Shown here piece by piece: positions 28,676-38,611 of a stretch of DNA of 64,000 bases. Origin of the DNA: Elusimicrobiaceae bacterium (lineage in GTDB: Bacteria; Elusimicrobiota; Elusimicrobia; Elusimicrobiales; Elusimicrobiaceae); NCBI GenBank assembly GCA_045634505.1, contig JAZRAH010000088.1:6474-70473 (forward strand), given 5' to 3'. Under the pieces are notes generated by a model. The model saw only the letters and a program-made list of their open reading frames with translations. It searched no databases and had not been told where the DNA came from. Every line of letters starts with the position of its first letter. Position 1 is the stretch's first letter. A program made the translations under genes and the position numbers.

Positions 28676-29743
28676 ATGGCAAAACTAACCAAAAAAGACT
28701 TTCTCAAAAACACAATCAAACACATTGATATGAAAAAATACAATGTGGTGCCGATGGTGGAAGCGTTTGAGAATATGGCGTATGCGTCGCGCGAAGTGGC
28801 GCGTGCCAGCAAAATCTACAACATGATGCTTAGCGACAAGAATTGCTCCGTCATTTTGTGTATTGCCGGTTCGTTGATTTCCGCCGGGATGAAAAAGATT
28901 ATTGTGGATATGATTCAAAACCACATGGTGGATGCCATTGTTTCTAACGGGGCGAACATTGTGGACCAGGATTTCTTTGAAGCCTTGGGTTTTAAACACT
29001 ATATCGGTACCCCCTACAACCAAGACGATAACCTCTTGCGCGATTTGCACATTGACCGCATTTACGATACCTATATCGACGAAGACCAACTGAAAGTATG
29101 CGACGAAACCATTTATAAAATCTGCAACGCGTTAGAGCCGCGCCCTTATTCCTCCCGCGAATTTATTTGGGAAATGGGTAAATGGTTGGAGAAAAAAGGC
29201 AAAGGCAAAGACAGCGTCGTTTATAACGCGTACAAATACGGTGTGCCGATATTTGTGCCCGCGTTTAGCGACTGCTCGGCCGGGTTTGGCTTTGTAATGC
29301 ACCAAGCCGAAAATCCTACGTCCCACATCTCTATTGACAGTGCCAAAGATTTCTTAGAACTTACGCAAATTAAAATGAAAGCCAAAGAAACCGGTCTTAT
29401 GATGTGGTCCGGCGGGGTGCCGAAAAACTTTGCGCAAGACACCGTGGTAGCGGCCGAGGCCTTAGGGGCCGAAATCCCCATGCACAAATATGCCGTGCAA
29501 ATTACCGTGGCCGACGTGCGCGACGGGGCTTTGTCCGGCTCTACTTTAAAGGAAGCGTCTAGCTGGGGCAAAGTATCCACCGCTTTGGAACAAATGGTAT
29601 ATGGCGAATGTACCACGCTTATTCCGCTTATCATTGGCTACGGATACCACAAAGGGGCTTGGAAAAAACGCAAAGCCACCAACTACGTTAAATTCTTGCA
29701 AGAATTAGACGCTAAAAACGCAAAAGCCAAAAAAGCCAAATAA
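28676..29743 (+). CDS. Deoxyhypusine synthase family protein
   Basis: GSLISAG, IDRIYD, PAFSDCSAG, GGGVPKNF-like, DGALSGST..EA.SWGK. Confidence 0.9.
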   Translation: MAKLTKKDFLKNTIKHIDMKKYNVVPMVEAFENMAYASREVARASKIYNMMLSDKNCSVILCIAGSLISAGMKKIIVDMIQNHMVDAIVSNGANIVDQDFFEALGFKHYIGTPYNQDDNLLRDLHIDRIYDTYIDEDQLKVCDETIYKICNALEPRPYSSREFIWEMGKWLEKKGKGKDSVVYNAYKYGVPIFVPAFSDCSAGFGFVMHQAENPTSHISIDSAKDFLELTQIKMKAKETGLMMWSGGVPKNFAQDTVVAAEALGAEIPMHKYAVQITVADVRDGALSGSTLKEASSWGKVSTALEQMVYGECTTLIPLIIGYGYHKGAWKKRKATNYVKFLQELDAKNAKAKKAK

Positions 29744-29751
29744 TGTAGTTC

Positions 29752-30600
29752 ATGCGTTTAAAAGCTGCACTTGCTAGTTTATTACTGCTCTGCCCGTGTG
29801 CGTTATGCTACGGGCAGTTGCGTTTTGCAAGCGTAGGGGGCGAAAAAGGCTACTCGGCCATGCGGGCCAGTTACCGCGCGGACCTGGACAACGGGTTTAT
29901 TTTAATTCCGCAGTACGGCTACTACCGCATGAGTGATAAAGAAATTGACGAGGCAGGGTCCACTTCCCGCTACGGTTTGGAAGGCCAATATGAAATCAAT
30001 GATTCGTGGAAAGTATTGGCACAACTGGTTTGGCAGCCCCAAACGTTGGGATATGAAGCCGTGGGGTATGGGGGCGGAATCGCCTGGCAGCCGTTTTATT
30101 ATTTCAGCGGGATTAAAGAACCTTGGCTACGGGTAAAATTGGGGCAAGACCGCACCCGCAGTTATGTGGATGCAAACGGCCGGGATTTGCCTGACGGGTT
30201 TAGACAGGTGGCTATTTCCAGTTTTGCCGAGGCAGAAATGGATGTACTGCATTTTCATTTGCAAGCGGCGTGGCAGAAAGTGATAAAATATAGTAGCCGT
30301 GTGCCGCATGATGTTACGTTTAGTTGGGCAGAAATTCCGTATATGACGGCCGTTTTGCAAGGATATATTAAAGACGCCTATGCGTTGCGGGTAAGTTATC
30401 CCACCCCGTTTATTTCGCCGTATGTGTCCTTGGCACGGTATCACTACGACCAACGGCGCCAAGTGGCCGGAGCAGTGAGTGCCGGGCTTCACGTAAAATT
30501 ATGGGGAGCCGACGTAACGGGTGGTATAGAGGTTTTTGAACCACGGCGCGATAAAAACCGTAAAACATATTTTTCGCTTTCGTTAGATGTGCCTATGTAA
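29752..30600 (+). CDS. Putative outer-membrane beta-barrel protein
   Basis: Signal peptide, aromatic-rich alternating strands. Confidence 0.55.
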   Translation: MRLKAALASLLLLCPCALCYGQLRFASVGGEKGYSAMRASYRADLDNGFILIPQYGYYRMSDKEIDEAGSTSRYGLEGQYEINDSWKVLAQLVWQPQTLGYEAVGYGGGIAWQPFYYFSGIKEPWLRVKLGQDRTRSYVDANGRDLPDGFRQVAISSFAEAEMDVLHFHLQAAWQKVIKYSSRVPHDVTFSWAEIPYMTAVLQGYIKDAYALRVSYPTPFISPYVSLARYHYDQRRQVAGAVSAGLHVKLWGADVTGGIEVFEPRRDKNRKTYFSLSLDVPM

Positions 30601-30645
30601 GGAGTAAACCACGCCCAGGCGTGAAAAACAGTGTAGAGGTTGCTT

Positions 30646-32382
30646 ATGGAAAATACAAAACAATATGTCAGCTTAGCTAATAAATACCGTCCCCAAACCT
30701 TTGAAGATATGGTGGGGCAGGAAAGTATTTCCAAAACCTTACAAAATGCGCTAAAACTAGGGCGCATTGGTCATGCGTATTTATTTTACGGACCGCGCGG
30801 TTGCGGCAAAACTACCACGGCGCGTATTTTGGCCAAAGCCCTTAACTGCACCGGGCACGGCGCAAATGGACCGACCGATAAACCTTGTGGCAAATGCCCG
30901 CAATGCTTGGAAATTGCCCAAAGTGCCGATTTAGATGTATTGGAGTTAGACGCCGCCAGTAACACGCAAGTAGAAAAAGTGCGTGAAGCTATTATTGATA
31001 CCGTGGCCCTAGCCGCCAGCCGGGACCGTTTTAAAGTGTTTATTTTGGACGAAGTACACATGCTTTCGGCTAGCTCATTTAATGCGCTACTTAAAACCAT
31101 TGAGGAGCCGCCGGCCCACGTTGTTTTTATCTTAGCGACAACGGAAAAACACAAAGTGCCTGCCACCATTGTCAGCCGCTGCCAGACGTTTCGCTTCCGC
31201 CCGCTAACGGCAGATGAAATCAGTACGCATTTGGTGGAACTGGCTGAAGCGGAAGGAATTGATTTGTCTGTAGGGGCGGCCAAAATTATTGCTAAAAACG
31301 CCAGCGGGGCCATGCGCGATGGGCTTACCCTGTTGGACCGCGCTATTGCTTACTGCGGCGACCACGTGGATGAAAAAGCGGTGGCGGAAATGTTGGGGCT
31401 TACGTCTAACGAGCTACTTAAAGACGCCGTGGATGCGCTATGCCATAAAGATAACGCTAAAATGCATCAAGTATTTGTAACGTTACAAGCCGAAGGATTT
31501 GATGCCAACACTTTCTTAAAAGATTTGAAAAACACGCTAGGGGATTTGTTTTATTTAACGCTCGGCCAAGGCAGTGAACCCTTTGACGGCGCGTCCACGA
31601 TTATAGAGGGTATTTCCAGCGGATTTTTAGCGCGTCTAACGCGTAAACTTAACAAACTAATTGACGAAGTAAAATTTTCAGACAATGCCTTAGTAAGTGC
31701 CGAGGTAGGTCTGTTTACCGTGATGGATAGCGTAGTGGATATGGATAGCTTTATCCGCCGTTTGGAAGCGTTGGAGGGAGGAACTGTGTTGCCGCCCAGT
31801 ACGCCGACTCCGTCCGTGCCGCCGGCTAAAAAACCGGCGCCGCGCACGACGACTCCCAAAATAAACACTACCAACAGGGTGGCCGAACAACCGGTTCAAA
31901 AAGCGGAACCAACCGTGAAAGAAACCACGCCTACGGAGCCCGTACCGGTGTTAGACAAAAAAATTTCCAACCGCCAAGTATGGGACAAAATGATGGCGAA
32001 ATTTTCGTCCAGCCCGTTTGTGTATGATGTGATGATTAACTGCGCGGTGGAGTTTACCACCCCCGACACCTGGACGTTGACGTTTGCCCCCGGCAAAGAG
32101 TTTTACCAAATCCCCGCGCAACATAAACTAGGGGAGCTGTCTGCGGCGGCCAGTGAAATTTCCGGACGGAAAATTACGATTAAGCTGACCGAAGATAAAG
32201 CTGCGGCAGCGGCTTCGGCCCCGGTGGTGAAAACGGCAGCCCCCGTAACGCCGGATCATACTATTACGGACGAAGAACCGTTTGCAAAAGGTCCGTTTGA
32301 AACGCAAACCACGGACGTGGAAAATGCGCCCGAAGAAGTGAAAGATATTTTAGAAATGTTCCCCGGAGAGTTAATTGCTTAA
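30646..32382 (+). CDS. dnaX: DNA polymerase III gamma/tau
   Basis: KYRPQTF, GPRGCGKTT, C..C..C Zn site, ILDEVHML, SRCQ. Confidence 0.97.
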   Translation: MENTKQYVSLANKYRPQTFEDMVGQESISKTLQNALKLGRIGHAYLFYGPRGCGKTTTARILAKALNCTGHGANGPTDKPCGKCPQCLEIAQSADLDVLELDAASNTQVEKVREAIIDTVALAASRDRFKVFILDEVHMLSASSFNALLKTIEEPPAHVVFILATTEKHKVPATIVSRCQTFRFRPLTADEISTHLVELAEAEGIDLSVGAAKIIAKNASGAMRDGLTLLDRAIAYCGDHVDEKAVAEMLGLTSNELLKDAVDALCHKDNAKMHQVFVTLQAEGFDANTFLKDLKNTLGDLFYLTLGQGSEPFDGASTIIEGISSGFLARLTRKLNKLIDEVKFSDNALVSAEVGLFTVMDSVVDMDSFIRRLEALEGGTVLPPSTPTPSVPPAKKPAPRTTTPKINTTNRVAEQPVQKAEPTVKETTPTEPVPVLDKKISNRQVWDKMMAKFSSSPFVYDVMINCAVEFTTPDTWTLTFAPGKEFYQIPAQHKLGELSAAASEISGRKITIKLTEDKAAAAASAPVVKTAAPVTPDHTITDEEPFAKGPFETQTTDVENAPEEVKDILEMFPGELIA

Positions 32383-32977
32383 TATCCGCCCCCTAGACCG
32401 CCTTGTGCGTGCGCTTAAACGTTTGCCCGGCGTAGGACCGCGGCAAGCTGAGCGTTTTGCTACGTATTTTTTGCGTGCCAGCCAGGGAGAAGTGGAAGAG
32501 TTTATGTCCGCGTTAAGCGAAATGAAAGCGGCGGTTGTGTTGTGCCCGCAATGTTTTGCTTATAGTGAGGGGGGACTGTGTGAAATCTGCCGTGATTCGT
32601 CACGCGAGGCTAGCCAAATTTGTGTAGTGGAAGATCCGCAAGATATTGAAGCCATTGAAAAAACAGGTGCTTACAAAGGATTATACCATGTGTTACATGG
32701 GGCTATTTCCCCCATGGAAGGGCGCGGAGCCGAGCACGTAAAAGTGCGCGAATTATTAGCCCGCGTGCAAAATGCATCTCCCAAAATTAAAGAAATTATT
32801 TTGGCCACGGACCCGGATAGCGAGGGCGAAACCACCGCGCTTTACTTGGCGGATTTATTACGCAACCAAGTGGAGCAAATTACGCGCATTGGCTATGGCG
32901 TACCGCTAGGTGGGGATATTGACTATATGGATGAGATGACGCTGGGGTATTCCCTCAAGGGAAGGACGAAAATTTAA
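32375..32977 (+). CDS. recR: Recombination protein RecR
   Basis: LPGVGPRQAER, C..C...C..C, YHVLHG.ISP, G.PLGGDIDY. Confidence 0.97.
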   Translation: MLNIRPLDRLVRALKRLPGVGPRQAERFATYFLRASQGEVEEFMSALSEMKAAVVLCPQCFAYSEGGLCEICRDSSREASQICVVEDPQDIEAIEKTGAYKGLYHVLHGAISPMEGRGAEHVKVRELLARVQNASPKIKEIILATDPDSEGETTALYLADLLRNQVEQITRIGYGVPLGGDIDYMDEMTLGYSLKGRTKI

Positions 32978-33061
32978 AAAGGGTAAATACCGCGAAGTAG
33001 CGTTTAGGACACCGATACCATTTTTCACATTGGGCCGCCTTTGCTATTTCACTTCTTGCTT

Positions 33062-34921
33062 ATGCATCCCGACATTTATAAACGCCCCCTACTTTTACTA
33101 CTTATCTTACTCATAGCGGGGATTTGGCTTTTCTACAAACCCAAACCGGCCCCGAACGATATTCACTCTTTTTTACCGCAAAAACACGTAACGCTTACCG
33201 GGCGGGTAGAACGCTTTTATACTGCTAAACCCACCTCTAATAATGTGATTGTAAAAGTCCTTTCGGTGGACGGGCAGCCCGCGGGCGGCCTGGTATATGC
33301 ACGGCTTAAAAATAGGGAGCCTTTGTGGAAAGATACGTTGGAAATTTCGGGCCGCTTGCAAGAGCCGTACGGCACAGACCTGTTAGGCAATTTTAACTGG
33401 CGCAAATATCTGGCACACAAGCACGTATTTACTGAAATTAAAAGCGACGACGCGCGCGTGCTAAAACCGGCCGCGTGGGGGTGGCGCGTACTGCGTTTTG
33501 TACGTGGGGATATTTTGCGTATATTTAACCAAAGTTTCCCGGCACCTTTGGCTCAAATTGCAGGCGGGGTGCTACTGGGGGAACGGGGCGATTTAACCCC
33601 GGAACTACTGGGTGCCTTTCAGGATAGCGGGGCCATCCATTTGTTGGTTGCCTCTGGCGGGAATGTGGGGTTTGTAACACTGATGAGCTTGGCGTTTTGC
33701 GGACTGTTTGGGGTAGGACGCAAAAAAGCGTTATGGGCGGCGTTATTAGTGGCGGGTATTTATACGCTGATTGCCGGGGCGGATGCACCGCTACTGCGCG
33801 CTTATTTTATGACGGTGTGCGGCTGCGTTGGGTATTATTTGGGGCGCAATAGCGGGGTGTGGCAGGGGCTCGTGCTTTCGTGCGTGATTATTTTGCTAGC
33901 CAGTCCGGCGTCTTTGTTTGAGACAGGGTTTCAAATGTCCTTCTTGGCTACGGCGGGGCTTATTATGGGGCTAGCTAATTATCCCGTGCCCGCCAAATGG
34001 CCTAACGCGGGGCGGTTTTTTGCACAAATTTTTGTGGCTACTTTGGCGGTACAACTGGTATTACTCCCCGTATTTACCAACGTGTTTTATAAAGTTTCCT
34101 TAACGGGGTTAATCGCTAATATGGTACTGGTGCCGTTAGCGTCGGTACTGTTGGCCCTTAGTTTTGCTTACTACGTATGTAGTGTGCTACATATTGGAAT
34201 TTTGCTGTATTACCCAACCGTTTTTTGTTTAGAAACTTTCCAACAACTGGTGGAATTTTTTGCCGGGTTTAAACTTTCTGCCGTCGCGGTCAGCGCGTGG
34301 GGCGTGGGCAGTATTGTGTCGTATTATGCAGCTTTGTTTTGGACTTTTCACGCACCGCATCAAAAGTTTGCACGCAAGATAATAGGTCCTGTACTTGTTA
34401 TAATAGCTGTAGCATTGGGGGCACAACTGTTTTATAACCACCACACCCGCGTGTATATTTTAGACGAATGGTATAAAAATGCGGTGCTTGTAAAAACTTC
34501 CGGCGGGCCAGTGTTTGTGGTGGGGCCGCAACTAGCACCCGAAAAAATTTCCAATGCACTGCACAAAGTGGGGTACTTGCAAGCCGACGCTGTATTTTTG
34601 ACGGAACCAAAGCCTAGCAAGTATGATTATACTGGTTTATCCCCGTTGGTGGTGCGCCCGTTTGAAAACAATTGGCCCGGGGAAAACCACTGGACATTTG
34701 GCAAAACATCAGTTAAACTAGTATGGGGGTTGCACGAAACGAAAACCGGGCGAATTTGGCAAAATGTGGGGTATAGCGGCACGGATAAGGAGGACGTTTC
34801 CTACTGTTTTGCGGTTAAACACCAGCCGGAGTTTTGTGTGGGGGCGCAAGGTAAATTTGTGCGTCTTGTAAACCGCACCGTGGACCCGGTTCTTAATCAA
34901 ACGGTGGAAGTGAACTTATGA
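33062..34921 (+). CDS. comEC: ComEC/Rec2 DNA uptake channel
   Basis: OB-like N-domain, G..HLLVASG, P.LRA, GFQMSFLAT, GLIANMVLVP. Confidence 0.88.
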   Translation: MHPDIYKRPLLLLLILLIAGIWLFYKPKPAPNDIHSFLPQKHVTLTGRVERFYTAKPTSNNVIVKVLSVDGQPAGGLVYARLKNREPLWKDTLEISGRLQEPYGTDLLGNFNWRKYLAHKHVFTEIKSDDARVLKPAAWGWRVLRFVRGDILRIFNQSFPAPLAQIAGGVLLGERGDLTPELLGAFQDSGAIHLLVASGGNVGFVTLMSLAFCGLFGVGRKKALWAALLVAGIYTLIAGADAPLLRAYFMTVCGCVGYYLGRNSGVWQGLVLSCVIILLASPASLFETGFQMSFLATAGLIMGLANYPVPAKWPNAGRFFAQIFVATLAVQLVLLPVFTNVFYKVSLTGLIANMVLVPLASVLLALSFAYYVCSVLHIGILLYYPTVFCLETFQQLVEFFAGFKLSAVAVSAWGVGSIVSYYAALFWTFHAPHQKFARKIIGPVLVIIAVALGAQLFYNHHTRVYILDEWYKNAVLVKTSGGPVFVVGPQLAPEKISNALHKVGYLQADAVFLTEPKPSKYDYTGLSPLVVRPFENNWPGENHWTFGKTSVKLVWGLHETKTGRIWQNVGYSGTDKEDVSYCFAVKHQPEFCVGAQGKFVRLVNRTVDPVLNQTVEVNL

Positions 34922-35406
34922 AAAAAGAAGAAATCCAACAGCATATTGAATTTTTGCAAGAAGCTATTAAAGAGGCCCGCAAAGGCATGAAAGCCGGGGC
35001 GGGCGGCCCGTTTGGTGCGGTCGTCGTAAAAAACGGTAAAATTATTGCACGTGGACACAACTGCGTAACTTCTACCAACGACCCTACCGCCCATGCGGAG
35101 GTATCTGCTATCCGCAACGCGTGCAAGAAATTAAAAAGTTTTGAGCTTAAAAACTGTGTAATTTATTCTTCGTGTGAGCCGTGCCCTATGTGTTTGGGCG
35201 CCATTTATTGGGCGCGCCCCAAGGCCCTTTACTTTGCGGCGGACCGGGTGCGTGCGGCGGCCTCCAATTTTGACGATGCTGTCATTTATAAAGAGGTTCC
35301 GCTTCCGCCCGGTAAACGCACCTTGCCCACGGTATGCATTAAAGTACCGGGGCGCAATTTGCCGTTTGATGAGTGGGACGCCAAAGCGGACAAGACGGAG
35401 TATTAA
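34918..35406 (+). CDS. Guanine/nucleoside deaminase (Zn-dependent)
   Basis: GGPFGAVV, HAE, EPCPMC. Confidence 0.9.
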   Translation: MKKEEIQQHIEFLQEAIKEARKGMKAGAGGPFGAVVVKNGKIIARGHNCVTSTNDPTAHAEVSAIRNACKKLKSFELKNCVIYSSCEPCPMCLGAIYWARPKALYFAADRVRAAASNFDDAVIYKEVPLPPGKRTLPTVCIKVPGRNLPFDEWDAKADKTEY

Positions 35407-35412
35407 AATTTG

Positions 35413-36066
35413 TTAATAGTTGCAATGTTTGTCAGGCCCACATATACTTTTGCATAAATTTTGGAAATTTTCTCCTCCGGCATAGCACCAAAAACGGTTG
35501 GGTTGATATTTCTTTTCATTAAAAGGGAATGCATATTCTAATGAAAGAAGGCCTGAATCTGTGGGTTGGTATATGCCGGCGGCTCTGTCTTTTCCGATGT
35601 TTGAAGAATTGTAATAAGCGCGGTTACAATCTAAGGTAAAGTATTTTTTTTCGTTTACTAAGTGTTTTTTTCCGTCTAATTCATACTCGTTAGGGGCATC
35701 TATGCCTAATTCTTCACAATTGGCGGCGTATGTGCCGTTCTCCAAATAGTAAACATCTTGCATTTCTTTGATGTGTTTTACAAGCAGGAGAAGTTCGGTT
35801 ACACGGGATTTATCCACCGCCTTTTGATATTGCGGCACCGCCACCGCCGCCAAAATACCAATGATGAGAACAACGACCAATAGTTCAATGAGCGTAAAGC
35901 CCCGCGCTGTTGTTCTATGAAGTGTCATCCCCGAGTGTCTCTGTCGGGGATCTCCTCCTTGCGCGTCGTTAAAAGCGGTAGGGATTCCCGACAACATTCC
36001 TCGGGAATGACCCTTTTTATTTACTACTGGTTGCGTACTCCCCCGCCGGGTATTTTTATTTTGCAT
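35413..36066 (-). CDS. Type IV pilin-like protein 4 with 56-aa leader
   Basis: G|[28 protein letters not shown]; REP doublet 35923-36011 in leader. Confidence 0.9.
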   Translation of the reverse strand: MQNKNTRRGSTQPVVNKKGHSRGMLSGIPTAFNDAQGGDPRQRHSGMTLHRTTARGFTLIELLVVVLIIGILAAVAVPQYQKAVDKSRVTELLLLVKHIKEMQDVYYLENGTYAANCEELGIDAPNEYELDGKKHLVNEKKYFTLDCNRAYYNSSNIGKDRAAGIYQPTDSGLLSLEYAFPFNEKKYQPNRFWCYAGGENFQNLCKSICGPDKHCNY

Positions 36067-36089
36067 AATTATTTCCTTTTTATTTTCCC

Positions 36090-36316
36090 GGGCCCGGCAT
36101 AAAAAACGGCTTATTATACCGAGCTCAACAAGGTCGCTCTATATAACAGCCGTAGCTGCCGTTTTTGTAAACGGCAAACATTCAGCACAAAACAATGGGG
36201 TTATAAGGCCCATCATCTTGTGCTTTATACAGCTGTTTTTGACCTTGTTGAAAGTTGCTTTCGCAGCTGACCCGCATGCTTATCATGCGGTTTCAAAAAC
36301 AGTAAAAAACAATTGT
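36090..36316 (-). ncRNA. Structured pilin-leader element, copy 4
   Basis: Minus strand ACAATTG..CTGTTTTTGA...TCAAAAACAG...CGGCTGTT...AGCCGTTTTTT; 11-bp barcode at 36241-36251/36125-36135. Confidence 0.82.
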
Positions 36317-36400
36317 AATTGTGTATGCGCCTGTTGGCGCTGGGGTACACCTCCCACGCTAAAAGATACTTTATTATAGCAAAAAAGCTACAATATAATT

Positions 36401-37096
36401 ATGCCCCAATACCTGGCTGATATCAAACAAACCGAATTCTTTTTAAACGACGCCGAAGCGCATCACGCGTGCGCCGTGGCACGCCATAAAGAGGGGGACA
36501 CCATCCGCGTGTTTGATGGTACCGGCAAGCAGTTTAGGGGGCGCATTACGAAAGTGCAAAAAAAATTTGTGCGCGGAACGCTCTTAGAGCCGTGCCCAGT
36601 GCGCCGCGTGCCGCTCAATTTAACCCTGGCCTTTGTGCCTAATTCCCGCACGGGGTTAGAAGAAGTGCTGGATAAAGGCACGCAACTGGGCGTAAGCGCG
36701 TTTTTGCCGTTACTGTCGGCGCGCAGTGAGTATGATGTACTTAAAAAATACGACGGTAAAAATGACCGTTGGCACCAAATTATGGTGTCGGCCTGTAAAC
36801 AGTGCGATACGCCGTTTATCCCCCACATTTTGCCGCCTATGCCTTTTGAAAAAGCCCTCATGCAACCGGGGCCGGCTCTGCTAGCTTATGAAGCGGAACA
36901 GACCCACACGTTAGCGTGGGGCATGGAGCAACTTAAAAATCCCCAAGCGGTGCGCGTATATATTGGCCCGGCGGGCGGGTGGACGCAAGAAGAAGTTTCT
37001 TGGGCGCAAAGCCGCGGCGTACTGCCTGTTACGCTGGGCGTAAATATCCTGCGCGCAGAAACCGCGTGTATAGCGGTGGCGGCGAAACTGTTATGA
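36401..37096 (+). CDS. rsmE: 16S rRNA m3U1498 methyltransferase
   Basis: H...V.R, KGTQLG, IGPAGG, LG.NILRAETA. Confidence 0.92.
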   Translation: MPQYLADIKQTEFFLNDAEAHHACAVARHKEGDTIRVFDGTGKQFRGRITKVQKKFVRGTLLEPCPVRRVPLNLTLAFVPNSRTGLEEVLDKGTQLGVSAFLPLLSARSEYDVLKKYDGKNDRWHQIMVSACKQCDTPFIPHILPPMPFEKALMQPGPALLAYEAEQTHTLAWGMEQLKNPQAVRVYIGPAGGWTQEEVSWAQSRGVLPVTLGVNILRAETACIAVAAKLL

Positions 37097-38322
37097 CCAC
37101 TTTTTTTATTAAAACATTTGGTTGCCGTGTCAACCAGGTGGAAAGCCAAGCCATTTTGGAACAGTTCAAACGAGCCGGGTTTACCCCGGCTGAAAGTTTT
37201 GAAACGGCCGATATTTGTTTGTTAAACACGTGTACGGTAACCCACCAAGCCGATAAAGACGTGGAAAAATTAGTCCGCCAAATTTTGCGCCGCAATCCGG
37301 CGGCACGTTTAGTGCTTACCGGGTGCTACGCCGCCGCCCATAAAGAACATATTTTGCAGACGTTTCCGACGGTAGAGATTGTAGGGAAATACGATTTGGG
37401 GCGCGTGCTTTTTGCGCAAAACGATATTTGTTGGACGGTGTCGGGCCATGAGGGGCACAGCCGCGCGTTTATTAAAATCCAGGACGGGTGCGACAATTTT
37501 TGCTCGTACTGCATTGTGCCTTATGCGCGCAGTGTTAAACGCAGTAAACCCGTGGAAGAGGTGCTGCGCGAAATTAAACAGCTTGTGCAAAACGGGTTTT
37601 TGGAAATTGTGCTAACCGGCATTAACATTGGCAATTATATGTGTCCCCAAACCGGGGCGGATTTGGCTGCTTTGTGCGCGCAGATTGCGCAGCTGCCGGG
37701 ACGGTTTCGCGTGCGGTTTTCGTCCATAGAACTGCCCACGGTAACGGACGGCGTTATTGCACGCATGCACCAATACCCCGCGCGGTTTTGCAATTATTTT
37801 CACCTGCCTTTGCAAGCCGGGTGCGATAAAATTTTAAAAGATATGAACCGCCATTACACTACGGCGGACTACGCCCGGCGGGTAGCAAATTTGCGGGAGC
37901 AAGTTCCGCACATTGGTATTTTTGCCGACGTAATTGCCGGCTACCCTACCGAAACAAAACAAGATTTTCAAACAACTTACCAGTTTATTAAAAGCCAACA
38001 GCTTGCAGGCCTGCACGTATTTAGTTATTCTCCGCGCCCGGGCACGCCGGCCGCCAAACTGCCGCAACTTGCGCACGAGGAAATTAAACACCGGGCAGAT
38101 ACGTTGCGCGAATTAGATAAACAGTTGCGCGCGAACTTTGCCGCTAGTTTAGTGGGCAGTACGCAAGAAGTTTTTATAGAAGAGAAAAAGGGCGGTGCCG
38201 TGCATGGCATCACGTCCAACTTTCAGCAAGTTCTTCTTCCCGCAAATACCCAGGCACATGGGTTGGTGCGCGTACAAATTGTACGCGCCGAAAATAACCT
38301 GTGCTATGGGGAAGTGTTCTAA
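37093..38322 (+). CDS. mtaB: tRNA t6A methylthiotransferase MtaB
   Basis: TFGCRVNQVES, NTCTVT, KIQDGCDNFCSYCIVP; start moved to 37093. Confidence 0.92.
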   Translation: MTTFFIKTFGCRVNQVESQAILEQFKRAGFTPAESFETADICLLNTCTVTHQADKDVEKLVRQILRRNPAARLVLTGCYAAAHKEHILQTFPTVEIVGKYDLGRVLFAQNDICWTVSGHEGHSRAFIKIQDGCDNFCSYCIVPYARSVKRSKPVEEVLREIKQLVQNGFLEIVLTGINIGNYMCPQTGADLAALCAQIAQLPGRFRVRFSSIELPTVTDGVIARMHQYPARFCNYFHLPLQAGCDKILKDMNRHYTTADYARRVANLREQVPHIGIFADVIAGYPTETKQDFQTTYQFIKSQQLAGLHVFSYSPRPGTPAAKLPQLAHEEIKHRADTLRELDKQLRANFAASLVGSTQEVFIEEKKGGAVHGITSNFQQVLLPANTQAHGLVRVQIVRAENNLCYGEVF

Positions 38323-38366
38323 GTTTTTCCTACGTAAATTTGTTACAATAAAAAAGTAGTAAACAT

Positions 38367-38597
38367 ACAATTTGATCTATTTTTGAGCCGTATGTAGAAT
38401 ACGGGTCTGCTTTGAAAAAAGCACCCATCGAAGTCAAAAATAGCCGATAAATAGGTGCAACGGGACCGTACATCCTGTTGCACCGAGTGTTTCCCATTTT
38501 TGCCTTGTGCAAAAGTGGGAACCTACGGCTATTATATTAGGTATCTTCGATGGGGCCTGGTATAAAAGCCGTTTTTGCATGCGCTTGGGATAGGTCA
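38367..38597 (+). ncRNA. Structured pilin-leader element, copy 5
   Basis: Compensated CTATTTTTGA/TCAAAAATAG and TAGCCG/CGGCTA; barcode CCCATCGAAG (38424-38433)/CTTCGATGGG (38545-38554). Confidence 0.85.
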
Positions 38598-38611
38598 CTA
38601 AGGAGGAAACC

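Noticed and set aside
31955-31965. A7 run in dnaX as a programmed frameshift site
   Set aside because: Reading frame GAC AAA AAA ATT does not give an in-frame A AAA AAG-type heptamer, and no stimulatory hairpin is evident.
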